Below are positions 13,446 to 26,809 of a stretch of DNA of 64,000 bases, piece by piece. Both the position numbers and the translations under genes were made by a program. How positions within the stretch are numbered: the first letter of the stretch is position 1; each line of letters begins with the position of its first letter. Source of the stretch: Adineta vaga (lineage: Eukaryota > Animalia > Rotifera); contig CP075496.1 in the NCBI GenBank assembly GCA_021613535.1, positions 5,084,001 through 5,148,000 on the forward strand, in the 5' to 3' direction. The notes beneath the pieces are model-generated. The model was not told the origin of the DNA and searched no databases. It worked only from the letters and a program-made list of their open reading frames with translations.

Positions 13446-16400
13446 ATGCAACTAGCAACCAGAAATTCAAAATTGTCCTGTTTAAGGACTATAAGGTAAA
13501 CTATTTTTTACTTTCTTATTTTCGTATTCGTTCAACAATAGAGAAAAAAAGAAAAGATAGAAAGCAATATTCGATATGTTTTTTTAATACAAACGGTTAT
13601 GCGAACTTTTTTTTCATTCCAATTGATCTATAATGTCCGTCCATCTGTACATGTATGTCTATATGTATGTATTCTTGTATACATGTGTGTATGAGAAAGA
13701 AGAGAGCTATGTATATGAAAAGACTCTCCATTATTCACTACCAGTTTGCCTTTCCCTCTCCTTCGTTTATAGATCATTCGTAAGAGTTTTTCGTTTCTGT
13801 TCATCTCTTATACGCACACACACACACACACACGTCGTTACATAAATAGAATAAAAGCGACAAAGCATGCGATGTCGACGATGACTGTCGTTGTGTATAT
13901 GTGTATGTGCCTCTGAACATTTTTTTTTCTCATATTTTCTGTTAACAAAAAAAAGCAAAGGTATCTTTCATTTATTCTTTCGTCTATTCTCTATGTTTCT
14001 CACTGCATGATATTGCTACCAACATCAAGAGTGAGTTCTATGTATGTATATTATAACAAAGAACTCGTTTACATATATACTTTTTTTTATATGATGCATC
14101 TATTGAGGTGTATTTTACACACATTTATAGACCGTAAATTGATGAAATCAAAGACGAAGAAGAAATAAAATAAAAAAGAAACAGTTCTACTCTGCTCTTT
14201 TTCCTGATAGTCAACTAGAAACAAAAAAGAGATATTTAACTTATAATGTCTTTTATGAGCGCATAGAAAATCGCTGATATCTGATGTTCTTATATCATTC
14301 TACAGAATACCAAAAGTTAAAAATATACTTTTATACTTGTTACGGTTCTTGTACTGCGAAGTAATATCATACTCATTTGTCCTCGTCATTTCTCCTCCTT
14401 GGCTTTTTGCTAATAGATTATTGAGATCATATAAGAATTCTTTGCCTTATCTATTTTTCCTTTCTTTCTTTCTCTCTCGTTCATCTTACTGTATTATTCT
14501 ACTACTACTATCTTGTACATACATAACGTTCCTAGTTATTCTTCTTTCTTATTCTTCCTCGTTTTTTTTCCATACAATATTCGAGAATTATTAATTATCG
14601 CACTACGATGGCAATCACCAGTAGTGTTAAGGTCATTTTCATTCGACGTTGATATCGATGAGTATTAGAAGATAGGAAAATAAAATAGAAGGACTCTGTC
14701 ATTGATACCAAAAACCTATAGTAAATAACCTGTCGTCATTGTTATCAAATCAAACAAAGAACGACATTTGGAACAAAAAAGAAAATCAGAAAGACTAAGA
14801 AAATACGGTTCAATATATATTTCTTGATATTAATTAATCTCTCGACCAAATGTTTACAAGAATAAACCTTCATAGAATTAATTCAAAATGGTTATATATG
14901 CATATGATAAAGTAAGTAGGTTGATTATTTCTATTTTCTTTGACCACTAGTCAATTTCTTTTCAAAACAATCGAATAGAAAGAGTCAATATCATTGATCA
15001 TATTATTCTAGTTGCATATTCTTCTACATATATCAATACATCAGTTTGTTTATTTACCTAACAGCTATATTATCAATTTCTTTTCTTTTCCAGAAGAAAG
15101 AAGACGAGTAATCGTAATACCCTCTACTACCTTGAAGATACACACATTCTCTTTTTCTCATAAAGTTCAACTAAAGAGAACAATGTTCGAAGAATGATAA
15201 TAGACAAACTAAATATGTGTGTTGTACTGCGTAATCTTACTACTGTCTTGCTTTTACACATGATCTGATAATGTGTACAAACATTCATATACATACACAC
15301 ACATACATACATACATACATACATACGTTGTCGCTCATCAATTTTTTTGAACTCAAACGAGAGAATATGCCAATATGATGCAACTTTTTCTTCCTTTTTT
15401 GTCTTGAACGAAGTGTTTACTTTTCTACTCTCGTTATTGTCAAGAGATTGTAGTACACTATATCGAAGAACATCAATGTTATAGTCATTTAGTCAACCGT
15501 CACATTTCAATAGGAGTTGGTTCAATTTTCAGTTATCTTTGTTTAATTAACAATCGATAGGTGTTGAATACATTTTTTTTTGCGTCGTTTTTATTTTACA
15601 TTTTGATGACACGTGTGTATATACACGTATGTTTTATATCAATCTCAATATCAATTGAAATTGAAGTGAAAAAAAAATGATGATAAGAATTGTTCATTTA
15701 TGAAGAATGTGTTAAGCTAAAAGAAATATGCAAAACTTACGATGATTCATTGATTATCGACATGTATAGTCGATTTAAACGGATATCTGTTTTATTCTCG
15801 AATACATCTATTTTTCTATATATACATATTAATGTAATGAGTGACAAGTTTGACAAGCGATTGGCCAATGCTAAATAGAATGAGTAGGCAATCGGCCTTA
15901 TTTTCTTCTTATTGATCAATGGAAATGATCAGAAATTTGATAAGCTCGAGGACATCAATAAGAATATATGTGAATAGATATTGATGTACATATGGATGAG
16001 ATAGATCAACTAGATTGCATCATAACTATCGTTATATATAGTTTTTCATTTGCTTCAGTTGATATATCTATATCTATGTACATATATACAGTACAATCTT
16101 GTTTTCTATAATAATTAGATAAAAACGATTAATTTTTCTATTTTCTTTTTTTTAATATTTAGGCTAAATTATGCTTCCATTTTCTTGGTACTCATCCTAA
16201 CCATTTTCATCAAGACAAGCAATGCACAACCACGAGTATGTATACATATATTTAAGTTACGTTCATATTCACGTGGACTTTTCTGATGATGCAATCAATC
16301 GATGGAACTACTAGTAGCGATAATAAACAGGCAACTACTGTGAATAAACAGTTCAAGCGTATTTTCTATCTCCATGAGTCAGTAAAAAATGGCGCGTTGT

Positions 16401-19400
16401 GTATATATGTTTGAGTCAATTGAACGGTGATGGTGGTGATTGAGTGACTTGCCTCGTCATTATCGATACTAATTATTTTGTCATTCTCTATTATTGAAGA
16501 GAACGAGAACAGTAGGAGAGCAAATGCCGTATTATGATGAACAGAAAAGAGAAGAAAATGATGCTCGAAGGCATATGTATATATGTATGATATAATAAAC
16601 AGTTTACGGGTAAATTAAAGAAAAAGGAATAAGCTCAATGAATAGATATATATACACAAATCTGATGATTGTTGTTTTTCTTTATCTTCTCTAGTACAAC
16701 GATTCCAATACGGTCACACCACCACCAGGCTATGGCTTTGCACCCGGCTATGGTTCATCCCAATATCAACCACGAAATGTCAAAACCAGCGGTGATTGCA
16801 ATAATTGTAATCAACCATGTTTCTGTATAGCACAAAAAGGAGATCAGGTAGAGATTTAGAAAATAGATAATAATAAATCATTTTTATATACTCTCTAATG
16901 AATTTAATTAGGGTCCAGCTGGTCCTATGGGTCCTGCAGGTGCTCGAGGATCTGATGGTGTACCGGGTCCTGAAGGTAATGCTTTTTAATATAGAGAAAA
17001 AAATAGATTTTTGTTAATAAAATCGTTTCTTTTAGGACCTGAGGGTATGAAAGGAGAAAAAGGTGATCGAGGTCTACCTGGTCTACCTGGTCAAAAAGGT
17101 GACAGAGTGAGTATAGGATTGAAATAATAGTATTCATTTTCTTAAATATTACTTTTAATTATTTTAAATTATCTAGGGCCGATCCGGTGAACCAGGAATG
17201 CCAGGTACGAATAAATTTTGTATTTAATTTTTAATTTCTACTCATATTGCTTTTATTTAGGCCATCCCGGTTTACCCGGTCTTCCAGGTCCACGAGTAAG
17301 TGATTTATCATTTTTAAACAGATTTTTTTTCTAATATAGCATTTTGTTTCGTCTTTGTAGGGTCCAGAAGGTAAATGATCAGTGTGAAAACTGAGAAAAA
17401 AAGACAAATTGAATCATCTATCTTTTTCAGGTTTACCTGGTCGTGATGGCTGTAACGGAACAAAAGTAAGTGATTATATCTTGGAAGAAAATGGCAGGTT
17501 TTAATTATGATATTTTATTTAGGGAGAATCTGGCCGATCAGGATTTAATGGACAGGTAATGTTGATAAATTGCTTTGAATTTGACATAATCATTTTTGAT
17601 TATTTATTTTAGCCCGGTCGTCCCGGTGAACCTGGTACGTAGAGTTACACCGATGGCCATAGTACTCTTTTTTTTATACTACACTTTTTTATCTTTCGAT
17701 TCTAGGCCTACCGGGACAAAGAGGACCAAAGGGTAAAGAATAAATATTTTCAAGAAGAACATTTTCTGAATGATTTTTTTCTATTTATTTATTTATTTAT
17801 TAGGTGAACCTGCACAAGCTTTGCCTGGATTTAAAGGAGAAATTGTAGGTTTTCTTTTGAAAGATATAAGTATTATTATGAAATTTGATATCTTATTCAT
17901 AGGGAGAAATGGGACCGCCTGGTCTTCCCGGTGCTGCTGTAAGTATTCATGAAATTTTTTATATTTCTAAATAGATGAATTTTTCTTTTTTATTTAGGGT
18001 CCTCCAGGAAATTCTGGTATTCCTGGCAATCCAGGCACAGTTGGTTTTCCCGGACGTGAAGTAAATATGAAAATATTCATGGATACTTATTAGACAATAT
18101 TTGATTTATTTTAGGGTACAAAAGGTGATCGAGGTGAAGCAGGTCGTCCAGGTATAGAAAATTTCTCATTGACTTAAGTATATAATTTGGAAAATCTTAT
18201 TAGGAAATGCTGGAGTTGGTCTTAGTGGTGAAAAGGGTCAAAAAGGAGAACCAGTTAGTATAATTTATTATAATTATTGTATGCAATTACAATATTTATC
18301 TTTAGGGATCATCTGCACCATATACATCACCATCGATTGCAGAAATTCAAGGAAATTACAGTTATGTTCCATTATCAATTCCTGGCGCACCGGGTCAAAA
18401 GGTATAATTACGAATGAAAAAAAAACTTTTATTTCAAATCGAATTCCTTTTTTTTCCTTTGTGTAGGGTGCAATGGGATCTAAAGGAGAACCCGGAGAGA
18501 TTGGTTATCCAGGTGCACCTGGTTCAGCAGGACCACCTGGCTTGACCGGTGAAAAAGGTGTACCAGGCCCTGTTGGTCCTCGTGTAAGTAGTTATTTATT
18601 GAATTTATCATTTTATTGTTGACTTTATTTATCAAAAGGGTCCAACTGGAATGCCTGGCCAAGCTGGTTTTCCTGGACAAGCAGGGTAATAAAATTTAAA
18701 TTTTATGTGAGATTGAATTTTGATTATTACTTCATTTTAGTGATCGAGGCAGCCCTGGTTATCCTGGTCAATCAGTATGTGTTTTTTAAATAAATTATTC
18801 GATAGATTATTAAACGTGCTTCTGTCTGAATTTCTAGGGTAGTCCAGGAAGACCTGGTCAAAATGGATTGGCAGGAGAAAAAGGTAAAACTTCTCGTTTT
18901 TTTTCTTGCTTCAGATTAATATTTAAACATGCATCATTTCTTTGCTAGGTGATCGTGGTTTTCCTGGTATGCCTGGCATGTGTTTACCTGTAAGTACAAT
19001 TAAGAGAAAAAGAATTTGAGTTAAATTGTATTATTTATCATTTGTAGGATCAACAGGGTGATGCCTCACCGGGACAACCTGGACCAACTGTAAGTTCTCA
19101 CTTCATATAGATGTATAGATCATAGTATGATTTTTTTCTTTGATAGGGAACTAAAGGAGAACGCGGTAAATAATCGAAAAAAACAAAAAACATTTTATAA
19201 ATAATGGTAAATTAACATATATTTTAGGTCCACCTGGAGCACCTGGGTATCCTGGACCATCCGTAAGTCTATCAATATAAGATTAAAAAGTTATTGATCG
19301 ATTCTATTTGATTAATAGGGTCTACCTGGAACTCAAGGATCAAAAGGTGATCGTGGTTTCGATGGATTACCTGGTAGCCCTGGTCAACGTAAGCATTTCG

Positions 19401-22400
19401 TAATAAAAATATAATCAGATTTATCTTTCTTTGTTTTCAATATAGCTGGACGTGATGGCATAAAAGGAGATAAAGGAGATAGTGGACGACATGGTAGGAA
19501 TATTAGTTTTTAACAAAGCAGACAAACTGAAATATATGTAATCTATTTTAGGTGATCCTGGACCATCTGGATTTCCTGGCCCTCAGGGTTGGTTGAAAAA
19601 TAAATAAGCCAAGTATCGAACAATTATACGATCTATCAATTCATTTTAGGTTATCGTGGAGGAAAAGGTGAACCAGGTCCAAAAGGTACGTTTCATGATA
19701 TTAATAGTATTCTTTGGATAAATAAATGTTATATTATTAATTTAGGTGAACCTGGTCGTTCAATTTCAGGTCCACCTGGCATTGATGGTTATCCAGGTTC
19801 ATCTGGTCTTCCAGGAGCCAAAGGTATATCGATGAATAGAAATGTAAAATAAATACTTATAAAATTGATTCTTATAGGCGAACGTGGTTTTCGTGGTCTT
19901 CCTGGTCTACCTGGTAACTCAACTGCAAATGCTGGTTTACCTGGTCCACAAGGACGTACGTGATGTTTTTGGTAGTATATATTGAATAATATTTTATGTT
20001 TGTTTTTTAGCGGTTGGCCCACCCGGCAGTTCTGGCGCACCAGGATTTCAAGGTATCGCTGGTATGAAAGGAGACAAAGGCGATCGAGGTGAGAAGAAAT
20101 TATAACAAGCTTACAAATTATATTTTTTTTTTAAATACTGTTTTTAGGTCTTGATGGAGTATGTGGTGCTCGTGATGGTTTGAAAGGCAGTAAAGGTGAA
20201 CCCGGACATCCAGGAGAATCAGGTACACCTGGTCAACGTGGTTCATCAGGAGAAAAAGGTGATCGCGGTGATAATGGTCCACAAGGTTATCCTGGTAATG
20301 TGGGTCAAGCTGGTGCACCTGTAAGATAGAAAAAAAATATGTGAAATTCTCCTTTTTATGAAACTTATTTTTTTCTTCCGTAAATAGGGTCGAAATGGTA
20401 ATGATGGTATTCCAGGTGACAAAGGAGGAAAAGTATGAGTGATAGAAAATAATTTGTCTTGATAGAAAAACAAAGAAAGTGATTTATAGGGAGAACCAGC
20501 TCGTGTTTCAACAGTACAAGGAATGTCTGGAGAGAAAGGAACACCAGGTTAGACTTTGATGTCGTTTTAAAATGTATACAATCAATAAAATTTTCTCGTT
20601 CGACAGGTCTTCCCGGTTTGAAAGGTGATCGTGGAGACAAAGGTATATAATAATTTAATTATACGAGATTTATATTTATTCCTCTCTTCCTCAATCTTTA
20701 GGCGCATCAGGTTATAGTGGTCGTGATGGTCAACCAGGTGCAATGGGACCAGCTGGCGCAAAGGTAAATTAAACATTTCATTAATTTGTAACAAGAAATG
20801 TATTGCTTTTGCTTTCTCATTTTTTTTATAGGGTGATGCTGGTTATCCTGGTCAACCAGGCCCACCAGGTAGTCCAGGTCCAATGGGTGATATTGGTCCA
20901 CCAGGTGCTACATTACCAGGTGAACGAGGTGAAAAGGGTATTCCAGGTCCAGTTGGTGAGTACATGTCATGTTAATCTATTCAGGTTTTAAATGATCTAT
21001 TTATTATATAGGTATTCCTGGTCCACAAGGTCTTACAGGTCCAAAAGGAGAACCTGGTACATGAACAAATCAGTTTTAATAATTCAGAAGTATACAAAGT
21101 TTTATTTCTTCTTGAATAGGTCGACCTGCACCTCAAGGAATTACATCAATACCTGGTACACCAGGAGAAAAAGGTGATCGCGGCTTATCAGGTACACCAG
21201 GATCACCAGGACTTCAGGTAAAGTTATCATCAACAAAGGAACGAATATTATAAATAAAATTTCTTTTCAGGGTCCAAATGGTTTGCCAGGATTACCAGGT
21301 TCACCAGGACTTAAAGGTGAAGCAGGTCTACCAGGTCTTCCAGGTCTTCCCGGACCAAAAGGCATTACAGGTATGTTATAGTCAAATTACTTTATTTTAA
21401 ACAATTCATATCATATATCGAATTGTTTTTCCTTAGGTTATCGTGGAGAACCAGGTTTGTTTTTTCTTTCAATTTTAACAGAGAAGAATAATAATTCTGA
21501 TTTTGTACAGGTCTACCCGGTCGTGATGGATCACCAGGTCTTCCAGGCTCAAAAGGATTAGGTGAATATTTTTAATCTCTACTTCTGATTGTTTTGATTT
21601 ACTATTTTCAATCGTTTTCTTTCTTCAGATGGAGCACCAGGTTTACCAGGACGACTAGGTTTGTTTCTTTTTGTTATCAATTAAACAGGATAGATATCGA
21701 CTTGTAATTTTCGTACAGGAGAAAAAGGTGAATCAGGCCTTCCAGGTCCAGGTTTTCCAGGTAAGAATAATATTCTACTGATATCAGAACCAGTCATGCA
21801 ATGATTGTTTACTCTAGGCGTTCCTGGTCCCGTTGGTCCTTCTGGTGATCGCGGTTTTCCAGGACCACCTGGTCTACCTGGTGAAAGTGGTTTACCAGGC
21901 TTGAAAGGTATGTGAACAAATGAATAATGACATTTTAACGATTGCTTTATCGATTTGAAGGAGATTCTGGCTTACCGGGTATCAACGGACTTCCAGGACC
22001 TCTTGGTTTGAAAGGGTATAGAAATAAAATCTATTAATTAAGTTGTATATTTATATCTCGATTTATAGTGAACGTGGTGAACCTGGTCTAGGCGGACAAA
22101 AAGGTGATCAAGGTAAGAGACATGAAAACATATTAATTCAATTAATTGTCTCATAATTCGACGTTTCATTTGTCTAGGTCCACCTGGTTCACCGGGTATT
22201 GATGGTGAGTCTTCATTACCTTAACTTATGATTTCTTGAATTATTCATTGTTTCTCTTTTCTGTTTTTAGGTATCCCAGGTATATATTCTGGCATAATTT
22301 TTTTATTAGAAACTTAAATGATATCTATCATTTTTTTTCAAGGCCTTCCGGGAGCAATGGGATCACCTGGTGCTCCAGGTTTTCCTGGAGAAAAAGGCAA

Positions 22401-25400
22401 TTCCGGTTTACCGTAAGACTTTTATAACTAGTAGTACAATTGTTTCTATATGAAATTTTCTAGTGGACAAAGCGGTCAACCAGGCTTACCAGGTTTCCCC
22501 GGTATGAAAGGTGAACGCGGCTTGAACGGAGGTCCAGGATTAAATGGAGCCTCAGGTTTACCAGGTGAAAAAGGTGTTCCAGGTTTTCCAGGACAATCAG
22601 GACCCAATGGATTACCAGGTCTTCCGGTATGTTAAACCTATTATTCGCTAATTTAGAATAAACTATTGTTTTTCTTTTTCAGGGCACTTCTGGACCGAAA
22701 GGAGATCGAGGTATGTGGATAAAATATGTTTACCATAACAATATATGAGATGATTTTCTTTATTAAGGTTTACCCGGTTTACCAGGTCAAGCATGTACCT
22801 CATGTATACCAGGTCAACGTGGAGATCGTGGTCTACCAGGTATCGCTGGTGTACCAGGTCAAAAAGGAGAACCAGTAAATGAAATATATTCATTAAATGA
22901 TATTTGATTCTAGTGTAAATTATGATTTAGGGTTCTGCTGCTGCCCGTGGACCATCAGGTGAACGGTAAGAAACGAACGTAAAATTCTTTTCTTTTCTAT
23001 GAAAATATTTTCTCAATTCCTAGTGGACCACCAGGTCTTCCAGGCGCACCAGGTCTTCCAGGAGTTCCAGGCAAAGATGGATTACCAGGTCTTCCGGGTG
23101 TTAAAGGTGAACGTTCTATCGGTCAAACAGGTAAATCAATAAGTTAAATTTGTTTCGAACTATAATCCTAGTTACTATCATTTGATATAGGTATCAAAGG
23201 AGCTATTGGTGAACCAGGGTTACCAGGCCCATCAGGCTTGCCAGGAGTACCTGGTGAACGTGGATTACCGGGAGGCAATGGTAAGATATTCGATATATCT
23301 CTATGATTGAATAACTCGTTCTTCTATTCTAGGACTTCCGGGTGTTCCGGGTGAACGAGTAAATAAATATAGTTTATTTATTAGAACTAATTTCTCATTA
23401 TCTATCTATTCTTTTTCTAGGGTTTGCCAGGATCTAGCGGATTACCAGGCGCTCCTGGACTTCCTGGTAGTATTGGACAGAAAGGTATTTGTTTGCTATA
23501 CTTTATAAATAATAGGATGCTAATGAGTATATGCTTTCATTAGGTGATACTGGATATAATGGATTACCGGGACCAAAAGGTGAATCAGGTCCACCAGGTA
23601 AGAATCGAAACGTCTATCTTTAATTGTAATGAAAATAATCTATTATTTTCAATTAGGTTTGAGTGGCGCACCAGGTATCAATGGTCTTCCTGGAGTAAAA
23701 GGTGACGCAGGTCTACCAGGTCGAGATGGTGGTGCTGGTTTACCTGGTCTTAAAGGTGACCGTGGTCTCAATGGATATCCGGGTATATTTGTTTTTCTAT
23801 GTACTAAACTGTTTGATACAATATCATTTCTTATATAATAGGTGTATCAGGTGCTAAAGGTACTGCAGGTGTACCAGGTATATAACATTTTTTACATTTT
23901 GTTTTTTCATATCTATGTACATTGTAAATATTCTTTTCGATAGGTCTCCCAGGTCCAATTGGTCCACCTGGCCCAGCAGGTTTACCCGGTTCGAGTGGCC
24001 TTCCAGGACACAAGGGTTTGTATTTGCTTTTCAAGGAAATTAATGCAGTTATTTTGACTATATTCAACAGGAGAGGCAGGTTTACCAGGAACTCCAGGCT
24101 CAAACGGTAAAGTAAAATATAAAATGAATAAATAGATTACACATATTTGTATATTTTCGCAGGTCCACCAGGATTGAATGGACCATCTGGTCTTCCAGGA
24201 GATGCTGGTATGTACTTCGTTTTTTCTAGTAACGAAAAGATATATGTTTACTGAATAAATATTTTATTATAGGCTTACCAGGCTTACCGGGTCAAAAAGG
24301 TGAACCAGGTAAATAGATATAAACTAGATTTTATAGAAATGTATAATGAAATTTTATTATATTTAGGTTATGCTTCAGCTGGACATAAAGGTGAACCTGG
24401 TCTAAGTGGTCGTGATGGTAAGATAGCGAATATAATTTAAATATGGCAATAATCTTTTAACCCTTTAACGTGGAATAGGTCTCCCAGGTCCTCCAGGAGA
24501 GAAAGGGTAAATTAAAAACAAACAATGAATTTTAAAATATAAACTAGACATCAATGTTCTTATTTATAGAAATCAAGGTTTTCCTGGTTCATCTGGTAAT
24601 CCTGGTCGAGATTGTGATGTACCAGTCGCTGGACAAGTATATCCATCAAAAGAAATCAAAATCATACGATGTAATTTCTTCTTCTTTATTTAGAAAGGTG
24701 ATGCTGGTCTTCCAGGCCTTCCAGGTCCCCCAGGTTTACAAGGTAGATAATCTTGTAGTTTTTCTTTCAATTTGATTCATTTTATTTTCGATTGACAGGT
24801 GCTCCTGGTTTAATGGGTAAAGATGGTTAGTATTAAATCTGTTTTGACAATAAATACAATGTTGTGCTTAATTAAAGGTCTTCCGGGTGCTGCTGGCTTA
24901 CCAGGTATGCCAGGTATGAAAGGCCGTGATGGACTTCCAGGTTCAAATGGACTACCAGGTTTACCAGGTATGTAGTGCAGAAAAACAATGATATTATGAA
25001 CACTATCCATTTTTTTCATAGGTGAACGTGGTTTTGTCGGAATGCCAGGTATGTTTTTGTGAATATTTGATTTTGTTTAAATATATTTTATGATGTAACT
25101 ATGATGTGTACAGGTCAACCAGGCTTATCAGGAGAAAAGGGTAATTGATTCATTTGAAAATATATAGTTCATCTCTCGGATGATTTTCTGTTGCAGGAAA
25201 CAGTGGCCTACCTGGCAATCCAGGTATTTCTGAATAAAACCTTTTTTTTCTCAATACTCAATTCTGTTCATTTTTAGGATTTGCCGGACAAAAAGGAGAC
25301 CGTGGTATGGATGGTCTTCCTGGCACTCCTGGATTATCTGGTAGATATTTTATTCAAAAAATGCATCAGTTCAATCATATTTTTATGATATATAGGTCTA

Positions 25401-26809
25401 CCCGGTCCCAAAGGAGATTGTATTCAACCACAACCAATAGTTAGTCGTCCAGGTGTTAAAGGAGAACCTGGTCCACCAGGATTATCAGGTGATATAATTC
25501 ATTTTGTCCATAGTTTTTACATCGATTTTTGTGCTGTTTCTTACTTTAAGGTTTGCCTGGTCTTCAAGGATCACCCGGTATGTTTATAAGTTATAGTATT
25601 TCCAAATAACTATGAAAGTCTATTCATAGGTCAACCTGGTCCACGAGGAGAAAATGGTCCACCAGGTCAACCTGGCCAACCAGGCCTACCAGGTTATGTA
25701 GGACCTAAAGGTGAACGTGTAAGTAGATGAACAAAACAATAAATAAATTTCATGTTCATTATCTCATCGATTATTTAGGGTACACCAGGTATTCCAGGTG
25801 TAGCTGGTATTGCTGGTCCACCAGGTAATGAACTTTTCAATCATGAATAATTAATCTTATTTCTACGTATTTTGTTGCTTGATTCTAGGTTCCGGCGGTC
25901 CACCTGGTCCAGCAGGTCCTGGTCTTCAACGAACTGGTTTTATGGTTGTACGTCATTCACAATCAGCTCAAGTTCCAGAATGTCCATCAGGCATGTAAAA
26001 CTATGGGATGGTTACAGTTTACTGATGATGCAAGGCAATGATCATGGCTATCATCAAGATCTTGGTATGTATTGTTTTTCTTTTATCTAGTTTTTGAAAT
26101 GGAAAAACGAACCGCACTCTTATCCTACCTATTTTAGGCTCGGCTGGTTCATGTCTTCAGAAATTTTCTGCATTACCATATTTACGTTGTGATCATACTA
26201 ATGTATGTTATTATGGTCAAACAAATGACTTAACATACTATCTATCAACAACAGAACCAATGCCAATGATGCCAGTTCAACGTGAACAAATCCGACCTTA
26301 TATTTCACGTTGTGCTGTGTGTGAAGCACCTGCCAATGTTATGTCATTCCACAGTTTATCGATGACACCGCCACCTTGTCCAAATGGATGGAATATCCTT
26401 TGGCAAGGTTATAGTTTTGTCATGGTATGTAACTAATCATATTATATAGAATTAGATTAATATATGTATTTGTCATATGTTTTAGCATCTTGGTCGTGGT
26501 GCTCAAGGTGGTGGACAATCATTATCAAGTCCTGGTTCATGTCTAGAAGATTTTCGTGCAACACCATTTATTGAATGTTCAGGAACGGATGGTAATTGTA
26601 TGTATTATGCAAATAAATTCAGTTATTGGATGACAGTTATTGATCAAAATAATCAATTTGAAGTTCCACGTCAAGAAACATTAAAATCGGGCAATCATAG
26701 AAACAAGATTAGTCGTTGTACAGTTTGCTTGAAAACACAACAAAGTAGTGGACAAGGCGGATATCAAAATGGAAATTATTATGTTGGACAAACTTTGAAG
26801 AAACATTAA
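13446..26809 (+). CDS. COL4A2: Collagen type IV, vertebrate alpha2-type chain (about 84 coding exons; apparent 1-nt frameshift at about 25995)
   Basis: Exon 13446-13495 splices in frame to 16163, giving [41 protein letters not shown]; 7S ([24 protein letters not shown]); Gly-X-Y exons; NC1 with [39 protein letters not shown] (alpha2-type). Confidence 0.92.
15288..15326. repeat. (CA)n/(TACA)n compound microsatellite in collagen intron 1
   Basis: Direct reading: tatacatacacacacatacatacatacatacatacatac. Confidence 0.85.

Noticed and set aside
13030-15919. Hydrophobic ORFs in the collagen promoter and first intron
   Set aside because: They derive from microsatellites and T-rich sequence, and many use non-ATG starts.
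7230-22830. CxxC motifs within helix interruptions (CGFC, CTSC)
   Set aside because: Comparable interruption cysteines exist in vertebrate collagen IV (for example CLIC in alpha1), so they are not novel.
1435-25824. Regular alternation of GC-rich repeats and AT-rich spacers resembling a CRISPR or tandem array
   Set aside because: The GC blocks translate as Gly-X-Y exons and the spacers are GT-AG introns.
1235-26090. Dozens of 60-120 aa ORFs across the collagen genes
   Set aside because: They are antisense or off-frame shadows of Gly-X-Y exons, or exon-intron read-throughs, with no independent coding signal.
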